A stretch of DNA of 64,000 nt, taken from the NCBI GenBank assembly GCA_032718475.1, contig JAUCBJ010007762.1, positions 7,520 through 71,519 of the forward strand. The letters are read 5' to 3'. The stretch is from Nemertoderma westbladi (taxonomy: Eukaryota > Animalia > Xenacoelomorpha). A program made the translations under genes and the position numbers. This document shows, in pieces, positions 25,139 through 38,605 of this stretch; position 1 is the first letter of the stretch, and each line of letters starts with the position of its first letter. The notes under the pieces were generated by a model that was given only the letters and a program-made list of their open reading frames with translations, made no database searches and was not told the DNA's origin.

Positions 25139-25450
25139 ATGCTATCTTCTCACCGGGAAGATAGCATGGGGGGAGTGTTAGCGTATTCAATTCCGCTAGC
25201 CAGCCCCACAAAGTAGGCTTTAAGCAATATTGGGAGCACGAGGTTGATTACCAATCAACGGTGTCACCCCAATAAACGGGGACAACAGGCCCCAGGGGAA
25301 CACACAAAGGGGGTCAGAGGTTACACCTCCGGGAGAGAGAGAATAACAGCAGTGGAGGGGAAACACTCCCAGAGAGATGGGAGGCGAGAAGTGAGTTATT
25401 AGCCAATGGGGGGAAAGCATCGACTGAGTAATGTAATGAGGCCGTGCAAT
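25139..25450 (+). mobile_element. Hairpin + PPT + partial LTR related to the element A 3' end
   Basis: ATGCTATCTTC..GAAGATAGCATGGGGGGAG|TGTTAGCGTATTCAAT followed by patchy similarity to 22135-22400. Confidence 0.8.
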
Positions 25451-25499
25451 GAGTGCACGGTAAACTGGGAAAGAAGCACCCGTTCAGACACCAAAACCA

Positions 25500-26265
25500 C
25501 TGATAAGACAGCAACCAAGAAACGATACGCTTGTCACCAACTATGAAGTGTTCCTCGGATCACTCTGGCTCAGACACGAAGGGATGTGAAAACATATATT
25601 ATGGTGATGTGAACCCCAGAGGTAAGAAAAAATATAGCAGTCAGGGCAAGCCGTATAGGATCATACCTCCCCCCAAGTCTAATAGTTCCCCCAAGAAAGC
25701 ATATACGGATAACCATAAGATGGGCACAACTTGTCACGACATGCTTCTTGTGTCTTAGACCGGGACATGTGAGACGTAAGTGCCAACTAATAGACACGAA
25801 AACGTGTCCGGCGTGTCAAGGCTCCCATTACCCCTTGCTACACCTAGACCAGGCCCCGAAGGGAGAAATAGACCAACGTGTACACTTCACTGATTATGAG
25901 ACAGACTCACCCGATGAAGGACCGGATGAATTCTACCCTGGAGAGTTTACAACGAATGCTGTAACCATGTTAGTGTGTATGAAGCCTTTACCTATGAGGA
26001 ACCCGTATTGGAAGATTGTTTCAAAATTGAGAACAATCCCAACACCCAGTCATTTCAGGATGCAGGAGTCAGAGAGTTTTATTATCTATGTGAATAAATG
26101 AGACTTAAAAGAGTTAAAAGAAAAGTCAGAGAGTTTCCGGTGCTCCAAGTCAGGCTCCACGCGGGAAGTAATAGTGTTGTGGTAAATGCCTTAATGGACA
26201 CCAGGAGTACGGGCACCTTCATAGACGCAGAGTTAGCCGAATCATTGTTCGCCAAGGAACAAGGC
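25500..26265 (+). pseudogene. Degenerate BEL/Pao gag zinc knuckles + aspartic protease fragment
   Basis: CLRPGHVRRKC..CPACQGSHYPLLH and REFPVLQVRLH..VNALMDTRSTGTFID, closely similar to the element B protein. Frameshifts and stops present. Confidence 0.85.
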
Positions 26266-26553
26266 ATTACACACTATTTAACATTATTCCAGGACCCTAG
26301 ATTATTTATTATCCTGGTGCTAATTTTTACTAGTTACGATTTTAGATATGGCATTTTTTAGCTGGATTAAAAATTATTATTATTACATGAAACTAACATT
26401 TGTTCTTTGAAGGTCACATAGCCGCATGCATACTGTACATCAAAGCGCTTTTCTCTGTGTCACTAATGCTGTATTCTTCATTTTGAAGGACGAAGGTAAT
26501 AACTCCTCTTGATGATGATGAAGTTTATCTGTTGTTTATATCAGTTCCGATTA

Positions 26554-26787
26554 CTATGGAGCCTCCAGCGGTCGTTCATACCTTTTTATCTTGATCATCT
26601 CGGCGTTTTCTGCCCAATGTCGCGCACATACTCCAATATTTGTCATTACTTTCTCTATTCTATTTGGTATATTCTCCAACCAATGATGTTGGTCTATTAA
26701 GTTTTTTGGGAACAGGTAAACTGTTGCCTTCTCTTCTTGCGAGGCATAATTTCCTTTACAGCCTGCTACAGAGCAATTGCGTGGCAT
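26554..26787 (-). pseudogene. THAP zinc-finger domain fragment (P-element/THAP transposon remnant) in a ~1.1-kb insert within the BEL fragment
   Basis: MPRNCSVAGC...FPK...W...IP...VCARHW matches the C2CH THAP signature. It lies between the two halves of the BEL protease region. Confidence 0.75.
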
Positions 26788-27384
26788 CCCTAATGTGATG
26801 ATTTGCAGAGATTATCATATTATCATATCATGTACTGTATGTTCGAACTAATTGACTGATAAATTATGAGAGATCTACTCACCTAATGCTACTTATAGAT
26901 CATCTCTATTTAAATGTTAAAAATAATATAATCTAAAAATATTTCAATAATAAAAAAAACGTTTTAAAAAAAGTATCAACAACTACAGTAGCTAGTATGT
27001 ACAGTACATGATCTTTTAACTTGATGAAACAAGTTCTAGAATAAAAAGTTAAGATTAAAACCCAGGCGTCCTAAACTATTTTATTGTTAAATTTGCTAGA
27101 AATTTCCACTGAGTTTCTGTTTACTATGTAATAGGCGATACTATTGTATGTGTGTGTACCCATAAACGAATTTTTGCTGCTATATCTAGTTTTTGTATTA
27201 GTAATTTTAGTAATAGTATTGTAGTATAATTTTCGCCAATACTGTAGTATTGCAACTGCATCTCTTTTATTTAGCTACTCTATATCTATAAACTAAGAAA
27301 CTAAGATAATGAATACCGGCCTCTAATAAAATTAACACTGTATGCGAGCATCGCGTCCTGAATATATACTATGTTCTAGAAGTC

Positions 27385-28240
27385 CTTGCTAACATTATCT
27401 GGGATAATGAAACGTTGGCAGTCCACGATTGAAACAAAGTAATATAAGGCATCCCTGCGATGTCCACACCGCAAGATACCAGTGGCTGGGATAAGGTGTC
27501 TAACATTATAATGGTTGACATCCAGAATTTTGCCAAAAGTCAGGCAAAGACTGGGATGATGACGCCCTCGTAAGTAATCATAATATTCCCCGTTTCACCC
27601 CACACTACCCAGGCCTACTGATGTTGATAGGCCAAAATGTACCAGAGGCCTTAGAGATTTTGGAGAAACGACCCAGACATCCAGAACCAATGTTAGCCTA
27701 CGCCTGTTGGACAATATTGGGATGTTACTGTACCGGGTCCTCCCAGAAGACGCTGTTGGAGCGAAAAGGACCAACAAATACAGACACCGACACTTGCAAC
27801 TTAGTGACCCACCTATGCAATGAAACTATAGCGACGGAAGATGATGTCTTAACTACCCCTGACCAAACCGACAGCGGTTGTGACGCTCCCCTGTCCTCAG
27901 ACCAAGACTGTTTCTTTACTAGGTACAGTGAACCCAATATCGTGACCCCGATGACCGACCAAGAATTGCTTACCACCCATTTGGAGTTGTGCAATTTGCT
28001 ACACGCACCTCCCGACCTGCAGCAAGAACTGAGCGAGCTCGAGGAAGCCAGGCGTCTTCTAAAACTATAAGAACATACAGTTACTTGGATGCAGCAGGAG
28101 ATACTCGAGCAAAACTCCAATGACAAGGCATTGTCAGTGGAAGAGGAGCGAGCAGATACAGAGAACCACCACCAGGTTTTTGCTGGAACAAGGCAAATAC
28201 AAAGTGGGGCTTCCCTGGCGGTCTCCCCAACCTCGGGTCT
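27385..28240 (+). pseudogene. Continuation of degenerate BEL/Pao pol (post-protease to pre-RT)
   Basis: LIGQNVPEALEILEKRP matches element B. DKALSVEEERA and, in a shifted frame, GKYKVGLPWR (Pao pre-RT motif). Confidence 0.82.
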
Positions 28241-28828
28241 GTTAGGCAAAGATATGTTATTATTTAATATTTGAAACATTCTTACCCATAATGCCGCACA
28301 AGTCCATAAAATGTGTCACCCTGCGCTCCATAGCCATGGAAATTCAAATGATAAAGACACCGCAATGAATTGATATATTTTTGGTGGTTAATTCAAATCA
28401 TTTGAATTTCCCGGGCTATCTATGGTCGGAGCAGATTGGCACCTTCTGACCTATTCAGCTATATATTACTGCTGTACTGTATTCTGGTATTAATGACTTG
28501 TATCATGCAGTCATGCCTGCATGCCGTATTCTGGTATTCTGCATTCAGCATTGGACCGGTGCATATCTGCTTAATGCAATAGCAACTGCAATACTGCACT
28601 ACTGCACTACTGCAATAATTTATAACATTATATATATACAAGCTGGCAAGCCTGGAGGGTTCACGGTCCTCCTACTTAATCAGTACAATAATAATAACCG
28701 ATACATCATTGTCGAAACGTACCCAGTATTCGGGTACCGGCTGGCCATGAGCCTTCGCCATCCCTATATCTAACTTTTGTCCAAATTTTATTTCGATTGA
28801 TTAATAAATAACTGAGATATCGCTCTGG

Positions 28829-28876
28829 ACACACACACACACACACACACACACTAACACACACACACACACACAT
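28829..28876. repeat. (CA)n microsatellite
   Basis: Interrupted CA dinucleotide run. Confidence 0.95.
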
Positions 28877-29996
28877 TACGGTAATAATGGTCACTTATGT
28901 CAAAGACCGTGAACCAATATATACTAGAAAGCCAGCAAGCTGGCTGGAAGGAGCCCGGGGGAAAAATCCTAGCCAAGACTATTACAAAGAACTATGTCAG
29001 TTAGCAGTAAGTAAACTAAAATTGTCTAAACTGCAAGGCGTGAGGCTAGCTGACTTTGTGGCTCGCCCCACATAATAAAAAATGCAACTTAGCTACCACT
29101 AACAAAAATATAATATGAAGCAAATAATTTCATTATCAAGCACGTTTACAAGATATAAGATACGATTACCGAATATTTATAAAAAATGCCCATGATGCAC
29201 AACCAGGTAAATAACAACGAATAGAGCCAAATAACAAATTTAGTTTCCTTCTATAGGTATTATCCCGTCGCCAAGCGGAATATCTCTTCCCAGTGAATTC
29301 TATGTGAATATGTAATATAGGTACTCCTTAGGCTGTAGGCCAGAGCGGGCTCCTTAAATACATGCAACTACTGTATTATAGTGTAGGTCAACTATAAAAC
29401 ATTTTGCAATCCACAGTGAGTATCGACTGCAATAGGACACAACACACTGCTTTGTGTAACTAAAATTCATTCTCCTGATCCACCCCCTAACATAGCAGAG
29501 TGAGTAACCTTATTGTACAGTAGATATACCCTTAGGAAGCACTGGGAGAGCAATCAGCTTATGGGGTAATACATTAGAAACCAACAGCTTATGTGTGAGT
29601 AAACATTGCCTTTCCTTATAGCCTACTAGTAAAACTTGGCAACCAACACGTTTTTCTATGACTGTGTATAACATATTAAGCCATATTTCATCATGAACAC
29701 CAGCTGTTATTTTACCATTGCTTTTAATTTCGCGACAAAACAATGTCAAAAAACTAAATATATCGAATACCACACATAGAATCGATCTGAAATTTTGTAA
29801 AGCGATTATGAACCACCAAAGCAATGTACTTGCAAAATTTTATCAAAATCGCCGGGCAGGAAGTGCCTTAACCTATATAATTATCAATCAGTATGTCAGT
29901 CAGTCAGTCAGTGTAATGTATCATCCTGAGATTTTTACAGAAAGTATCCCTGAGATTCTTATTACAGTAATAATCCCGCTGTCAAGCGGGCTCCTA

Positions 29997-30501
29997 ATAA
30001 AAACTCACCTTTCAATGTCCGGCCACAAATAATCAGATACTGGTACAGAATATTCTAAATCGATAAGAGGTATCGGCGAGTCGGATATCCACTAAATGAG
30101 GAGAACCGGGGCTGTAGTACTCTGTGTCTCCCCCAGTACCTCTGGTCCAACCACAGAGGTACCGGCCACCCGTATAGTTTGAAACCTCTTGTCTGACGTG
30201 GTCTCTGGCGTCAATTAGGTTTACAGCATTCTTGGGGCTCTGAATAAATTAACAATTTATACAATTAATTGTTATTATATTTCTGATCTATACTTTAACA
30301 CGCATCTAGAAATATAATTTCAATGAGCATTTCTTGAGATAGAAATACTTTTCTTGAATACTGCATAATACTCGGTATTATTATGATTGTACATGGTTGT
30401 TTATGAGTATGTTGAATATCAAACACAAAAATTCCATTATTTAACACTGAATGAAGAATGTATACCTTGAAATAATAAAAATATATACCAGTACTGATCA
30501 C
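29997..30501. repeat. ~505-bp dispersed duplicate (copy 1 of 32123-32646)
   Basis: Near-identical sequence and duplicated ORF translations. Confidence 0.9.
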
Positions 30502-30559
30502 TATACCAGTGCTGACCCGACAACGGAGGAACCCATCGTCTTAGACTATCTACTTAGCA

Positions 30560-30860
30560 CCGATAATCCACAGCAGCTCAACCCCACATTTCACCCCCGC
30601 TGCCTCCGATGGCCGCCCCGTTGTTTGTGAGCCGGATGGAGATTTCTCCCAGGTTGGCGTTATGAACTGGCCAGTGGCGTGATGACCTTGACCCGCGCAG
30701 GCACATGTGGGCGGCCCGAACCAGCAGAAAACTGATGTGTCGTCGGATCCAGGTAACGCACTCTGTGTAGCTGATCCCCCGCTTATCCGCCAACAGAACA
30801 GCAAGGTGTTTGAAGAACTGCGCCGTGGATGGTGAGATTCCCCCGAAAGCAGACATGAAT
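30560..30860 (-). pseudogene. C-terminal fragment of a CRE-clade-like non-LTR retrotransposon (restriction-like endonuclease tail)
   Basis: FGGISPSTAQFFKHLAVLLADKRGISYTECVTWIRRHISFLLVRAAHMCLRGSR resembles the CRE-type C-terminal motif. Confidence 0.65.
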
Positions 30861-32122
30861 ATAATTTCGGTGACTTTATAACTTGACAAACATTTCATAA
30901 GTACTTTAGTGGTGCTAGACACGCATTGCAATTAAAAATCATAGATCACATAACAATTGAGTGCCGCACTTTTCAGCGTTAAAGACCCTTGTTTATTGAT
31001 GTAAACCTCCCTCGCTGCGCTCGCTCGGTACATAAATAAACTCGGATCATAATGCTGCAAAGTGCTACTTTGCACACAATGATGTAAATAGTTATTAGAT
31101 TTAATTAATACGGGATAAAATTCACATTATATTTAATAGGCCTATAGATAATTGTTACATTAGGGTAAGAGGCAAAACGTCTACATTTATGTCTCCAATA
31201 TATGAATTACTGGTGGGGGATGGAATTCGTAGGGGTCGTAAGATGTATTTAGGCTAGTCTATAAACTAATCCCCCACCAATGACAAAATGTTAATAATGA
31301 AGTGTATAGTACGCGAAATAGTGATAAGTTATCCTTCCTAGAGGTACCGAACGGTCATACATTATTTCTTAAAAAAGCACAAATTTTAATCGCTTGTCAG
31401 TGAGAATTTATTAAAACCTGTTGTTATTTACAGTATTGTTATTTACAATTTAACATATTTTGTTTGCACAAGTTTCGATCTTCAAACGGCTGAGACATCC
31501 AAATAGTGGCGCAAATTGACCATTAGTGAAAAGGTATTGTTTATTGTTTTGGGTAGAAAACACCGCCACTAATATTTGAAATTTAAATAAATTAATTTTT
31601 TAAATCATCTAAAAAACACATATTTTGTGTTTCCGGTCACTTTGCGCCATTAACTCGAGAAATCACATCCGCGTTTTTGACTGTCGGTCACAAGTGATAA
31701 TAATTATCTATAACGAAAGACTTAAAATCGTCTAAAAACTACTTATTGTACAACTCATAATCAGAAATTACACAAAAGTGAATTGTATGCGTTATTGTAG
31801 ATATATATATTTTTTAAAATATCTGCAAAGGCATTTTTGGCTGTAGAATTAAATTGATAATAAATACTATTGTTTACCGCCAGGGGTGCAAGTTAAATTC
31901 ATAAGAACTAAAGGCAATTTCCTTGTAATTGTTTATTTTGGGCCATTATGCCTAGATTGGGCCATTTTGTTCTAGGTGGGCCATATTTGCCCTAAGAGGA
32001 CGTGTACCTTTTGGGCCATCGTAGTAGGATTAGGGCCATTGCTCCAAGCCCAAGGCCATTTAAGGGCCATTGGACCTTTAAAAGGTGGCCCTAATAGTGG
32101 GAAAGCTTATATATTTATATAT

Positions 32123-32646
32123 ATAAAAACTCACCTTTCTATGTCCGGCCACAAATAATCAGATACTGGTACTGAATATTCTAAATCGATAAGAGGTATC
32201 GGCGAGTCGGATATCCACTAAATGAGGAGAACCGGGGCTGTAGTACTCTGTGTCTCCCCCAGGACCTCTGGTCCAACCACAGAGGTACCGGCCACCCGTA
32301 TAGTTTGAAACCTCTTGTCTGACGTGGTCTCTGGCGTCAATTAGGTTTACAGCATTCTTGGGGCTCTGAATAAATTCACAATTTATACAATTATTTGTTA
32401 TTATATTTCTGATCTATACTTTAACACGCATCTAGAAATATAATTTCAATGAGCATTTCTTGAGATAGAAATACTTTTCTTGAATACTGCATAATACTCG
32501 GTATTATTATGATTGTACATGGTTGTTTATGAGTATGTTGAATATCAAACACAACAATTCCATTATTTAACACTGAATGAAGAATGTATACCTTGAAATA
32601 ATAAAAATATATACCAGTATTGATCACATAACAATTGAGTGCCGCA
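32123..32646. repeat. Dispersed duplicate (copy 2)
   Basis: Matches 29997-30501 joined to 30950-30967. Confidence 0.9.
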
Positions 32647-33204
32647 TTTCAGTGATTGAGGCCGCAAATATGTTCAGTAAATTAGATTATGACTAAATTT
32701 AAATCATCCCAATATATCCTCATAGGGTTAAATTCAAATATAGTAGAAAAAGTATTTAAAAGTGTAGCGGTAGGCCTAAACTGTACCCTATTATATTCTA
32801 TATGATACAAAATATGACTGTATATTAATGTTAATGTCGCTTCGTATACTCACGTAACAAAACTTATCACTAAAAAACAGCCGTGTAAATGCCCTCCAGT
32901 GGAACCGGTGGGGAATTATTGCATTGCCTTCATTATGATTCAGCCCCGGAATGTTTGTATCCACTTTGATAACCCAGACTGGCCCGGAATATTCGAAGCA
33001 TGGACAACCAGTTAACCCATAAAGTCCGCCACAAGTATCACCGCCACACACTTGCACTATATTTACCTGTAAATAGGATTAAAATATGATAGTGATTCAT
33101 TATCGAAACTATTACCGGAACATTGGTAAGATTTGTATCGGTTTCAATGTAGGCAGGGCCTATGTATAAAATTAAAAAAAACAGAGAAAAATTAGACACA
33201 GTTT

Positions 33205-35315
33205 GCGCGCGAGCTGGGGGAAGATCTTCTCTGTGCTGGGGGTAAGGGCGCGTAAGAAAAGGGGGAAGAGGGGGAAAGAAATGGGGTACGGATCTATAAA
33301 TGGCATCCAATGGACGCCTCTATTTTACGACCGTTCTATACTGTAAACATACAGCTGTCTGTCTACCTTATTGAGAAGTGGTAATACTACTGAATAGTTG
33401 CTAAACTCATATTATCCTATCATTACACACCTACTGTACTTAACCATACAAACCTATATTACATACCTACTTACACGTACCCTCCCACCCACCTAAGCAC
33501 GACTTAACTGCCCCCACCACCACCCACCTAAGCACACCTACTTAACCGCACCCACCCACCCACCCACCTAAGCACACCTACTTAACCGCACCCACCCACC
33601 CACCCTCCCAAGCACGTCTACTTAACCGCACTCACCCAAGCACGTCTACTTAACCGCACCCACCCACTTAAGCATGTCTAATTAACCACACCCACCCACC
33701 CACCTAAGCACACCCATACTTAACCGCACCCACCCACCCACCTAAGCACGTCTACTTAACCGCACCCACCCAAGCACGTCTGCATAACCGCACCCACCCA
33801 CCTAAGCACGTCTACTTAACCACACCCACCAACCCACCTAAGCACACATACTTAACCGCACCCACCCAAGCACGTATACTTAACCGCACCCACCCACCTT
33901 AGCACGTATACTAACCCGCTCCCCACCCCCCCCCCCCCAGACAAATCAGCACGTCTACCTAACCGCACCCACCCCACCCACCCACCTAAGCACGTATACT
34001 TACCCGCACCCAACCACCTACCTAAGCACACATAGTTAACCGCACCCACCTAAGCACCTCTACTTAACTACACCCACCCACCTACCCAAGCACGTCTACT
34101 TAACCGCACCCACACACCTAAGCACGTCTACTTACCCGCACCCACCCACCTACTTAAGCACGTTTACTTACCCACTCCCACCCACACACCTAAGCACGTC
34201 TACTTATCCGCACCCACACACCTACTTAAGCACGTCTACTTAACCGCACCCACCCACCCAACCCACCTAAGCACGTATACTTACCCGCACCCACCCACCT
34301 AACTAAGCACACCTAGTTAACCGCACCCACCTAAGCATGTCTAATTAACCACACCCACCCACCAACCTAAGCACACCTACTTAACCGCACCCACCCACCC
34401 ACCTAAGCACATCTACTTAACCGCACCCACCCAAGCACGTCTACTTTACCGCACCCACCCACCTACTTAAGCACGTCTACTTACCCATTCCCACCCACAC
34501 ACCTAAGCACGTCTACTTAACAGCACCCACCCACCCACCTAAGCACGTATACTTACCCGCACCCACCCATCTACCTAAGCACACCTAGTTAACCGCACCC
34601 ACCTAAGCACGTCTACTTAACCACACACACCTAAGCACGTCTACTTACCCGCACCCACCCATCCACCTAAGCACGTCTACTTAACCGCACCCACCCACCT
34701 ATGCACGTCTACTGACCCGCACCCACCCACCTACTTAAGCACGTCTACTTACCCGCTCCCACCCACACACCCAAGCACGTCTACTTAACTGCACCCACCT
34801 AATCACGTCTACTTAACCGCACCCACCCACCCACCTAAGCATGTATACTTACCCGCACCCACCCATCTACCTAAGCACACCTAGTTAACCGCACCCACCT
34901 AAGCATGTCTACTTAACCACACCCACCCACACACCTAAGCACGTCTACTTACCCGCACCCACCCACCCTCCTAAGCACATTGACTTAACCGCATCCACCC
35001 ACCCACCTATGCACACCTACTTAACCGCACCACCCACCCACCTCCTAAGCAGGTCTACTTAACCGCACCCACCCACCTGCATAAGCACCTCTACTTAACC
35101 GTACCCACCCACCAACCTAAGCAAGACTTAACCGCACCCACCCACCCAACTAAGCACATCTACTTATCCGCACCAACCAACCCTTCTAAGCACGTCTACT
35201 TACACCGCACCCGCCAACCTAAGCATGTCTACTTAACTGCACCCTCCCACCAAACTAAGCACGTATACATAACCACACCCAACCTCCCCCATCCCTACAC
35301 ACCTAATTACCCGCA
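33205..35315. repeat. Dispersed repeat head (33205-33480) followed by C-rich minisatellite CACCTAAGCACGTCTACTTAACCGCACCCACC
   Basis: Variable 29-37-bp units. The head and first units recur at 37315-37730. Confidence 0.92.
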
Positions 35316-35327
35316 CATCGTTGTGCC

Positions 35328-35700
35328 GCTCATTGTGTCAAGTACAATGCACACAGCTCCAACCAGACACTATATAACATTGGAGGTGTCTCATTGGTTC
35401 CCCCAAGCTTGACACTAGAACAAAGCTGCCTCCGCTTTGCAGGACATTGCTTTCGCCGCGAGAACCAGCAGTGCATAATCTTGTACTTTGGCAGCCTCAT
35501 GGAGTGAATAAGCAAAGCATGGTGGACAGCCCATGACTTCTTGAAGCGCATCTTAAAGGACACTGGCCTTGAAGATGCGGAAAATCTAGCAAATGTCATG
35601 GGTGATATGGAGTTGTGGCGGTGCAATTTTGTTGACAAGCCGGCACAGCATTCTTAAAAATGCAGCTGCAATGCAGCATGCCGATCCTAGTAGTTGTAGT
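35328..35700 (+). mobile_element. 5'-truncated 3' fragment of the RTE-type LINE with (TAG)n tail
   Basis: Close match to the reverse complement of 56708-57080. Ends GCCGATCCTAGTAGTTGTAGT. Confidence 0.88.
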
Positions 35701-37314
35701 ACCCGCACTCACCTACCCCTACCCACCCTTCCACACACTATTTACCCCCACCGACTGCCCGAACCTAACAAACACACCCACCCCTACTTTTTCTACCTTA
35801 TTCAGACTCCACGGCAAACATTATCGGAGCAATCAAGCCGTACCAGAAATTTGCAAAAACGGAAAGCAGGGACAGTTTTCGCCAAAACTTTTTTTTACAA
35901 GAACCGTTTTTTGATAATCGTTTCCTATAAAATAATGCTGCTAAGTGTTGGCGCCACTGCGCGTGGCAGTAATCATCCCGACCTTTTCTTTATTGTGCTA
36001 TATTCATATTTATTTGTAAACGAAGAAATATATTTCAGTTCAGTTGAGTTTTATGCTTATTTAATATGTGATTCGATTTATCGAGAGATTGTAACTATAC
36101 TAATAGGTTTGAATTATTGTAAGTTGATTATTGGTGGTTTCAGTTGAGTTTATTAGCTTATTTATTATCTGAATTGCTTTATCGAGAGATTGTAACTATA
36201 CTAATAGGTTTTATTGAATTATTGTAAGTTGATTATTGGTGGTGTGAGTTAATTAAGTTGTGCATTGTATTGTAATCTCAATCTAGAAGTATGTTAGAAT
36301 AGGGCAATCCTACATATTTAATATCAGTAATTAGTATATCGTTTACGGTATAATTTTGAATATAATATTATAAATTATATAAATAATAACGACCTGAGGA
36401 ACTCTGAATAAATTTCCATCCAAATAAAAACTGTAATCTTTCGACTATCTCCTTCCTTCTAAAGCCGTCTACATTACGTAGGCTGCCGGGACCCTTGTAG
36501 ACTCTGTCTCTTCTCTGTACTAGAGGGAGCAGAGGTTATTGCAGGAATTCTCTCTGAGGGAGAGATTGATTGTTAGCAATTTTGGGAATATTATTATTCG
36601 CGTTATTCGCCAGTACAAAACCTATGTCTTGATATTAGTACAAGCATCTTTTTTTCAATTTATCAAACTCCGCATCGATTTGTGCCATACTGACTGTATA
36701 TTAGAGCCACCGCTTAAACCCTGGCGGTAATAGTTTATTGTCCAGGTCAGCCGATAGGATTATTGTTAGTAGCACTGCGACTACATTAATCGCGCAGCAA
36801 CCCTAAGTATTTACATCCTAGAACATTCGATAACTATTGTAAATTATTGTAATTAATAGGTTGGTTGCTTTTTTTACCATATATTATTAAATAAATGTGA
36901 GATAGTTAGTGCCGTTAGTTTAATTATAATATCGTAAACATCACTGCACAAAAACGCTTTTTTATTTGCATGCGAAAATAAGGGTTATGCCAGAGCCAGC
37001 CTAGAGGCCAAGCAAGTTACCGGTAGCCGTAGCAATGCAAGAAGCTTCCTATTGGGTGCTATTTTTAGATCCTTCCCCCTTTTCTTACCCCCTCATCCGT
37101 GCCACCACTGGTTCAGCCAAAAAACCCAGGCAGCACCGTAACCCATCATTGTTCCAATTCTCCGGTAGACTATAATTACTGCCCTCCTAATTTGTTTCAA
37201 ATTTGTTTCACTGGCATACATAGCATTGCAGGTAGGACACCATTACGTGGCTCCTAATATGTTTCAATTATGTTCCAATTTTGTTTCAACTAACAGAGAC
37301 ATACTAGTGGCAGT

Positions 37315-37730
37315 ACGCGCAAGAGCTGGGGGAAGATCTTCTCTGTGCTGGGGGTAAGAGCGCGTAAGAAAAGGGGGAAGAGGGGGAAAGAAATGGGGTA
37401 TGGATCTATAAATGGCATCCAATGGGACGCCTCTATTTTACGACCGTTCTATACTGTAAACATACAGCTGTCTACCTTATTGAGAAGTGGTAATACTACT
37501 GAATAGTTGCTAAACTCATATTATCCTATCATTACACACCTACTGTACTTAGCCATACATACCTATATTACATACTTACTTACACGTACCCACCCACCCA
37601 CCTAAGCATACCTACTTAACCGCACCCACCCACCCACCCTCCCAAGCACGTCTACTTAACCGCACTCACCCAAGCACGTCTACTTAACCGCACCCACCCA
37701 CCTAAGCATGTCTAATTAACCACACCCACC
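37315..37730. repeat. Second copy of repeat head with a short stretch of the C-rich minisatellite
   Basis: Near-identical to 33205-33700. Confidence 0.9.
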
Positions 37731-38605
37731 CAAAAATTTTTAACAAGTGTGCCTTTTAACAAGAAATCCATTGCTGAAATTATACTGTAGTTCTTCTCAG
37801 GTACTGTACGGCCAGCATCATCGTATTATTTCTGCCTACTGTATTTATTAAAATATGATACCTGGTAATGTGTTCATCAAAACCACTTCAACACAACTTA
37901 CCTCCACCTTCTAATTCCCTCAATGGGCACGTCCGTTTATTGTGAGACGCGTCACCACAATTACCACAAGTACGCTTTCTCTTTTGTGGCATATTGATCG
38001 TTCGGGTTAGAATACAAAATATGAATGTAAAAATAATATAAAATAATACAAAATAATACAATATATCAAAAGATAGCCAATGTAAATTTATTCAAAAGCC
38101 TATTAAAATATAATTAGTTAAGATACAATTGTACTGTACGGTAAATACAGTCTACCGGATACCGGTAATAAACATAAATAACTTACAGCAAGCCTACCGT
38201 TATATTGTAGAATGTTTCCCTTGTATAACAAATACAAAAAATCTTTAGACCTTACCTATGTAACTCACTAATTAAAAGGCCTACCGAATCATATAGCCTA
38301 TCATGGGCACTAAAGTGTATATCGCCGTCACCCTTATTCTGCCTTTGTCACTGGCAAAATAAAAAGTATTACAGTATTTTTAAAATTTGAAAAATGGTCA
38401 CCCAAGCTATAGGTACGATTGCCAAATTGCATTTTCCTCGGATTGCGATATTTCGGATATTTCTGAAATATGTGAATGTCTTTCAAAAGTGTGACTCATA
38501 ATATTAGCTAAATATTTAAACACTATAGAGTTCTAGAAAATAGGCCTACGGTACGATTTTTTTTTATTTTTTTTTAAAAATTAGCTACTATATAAAAACA
38601 CTACC

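Noticed and set aside
26290-27360. TIRs/TSD for the THAP-containing insert (CAGGAC...GTCCTG)
   Set aside because: Only 6 bp match and no flanking duplication; boundaries unsupported.
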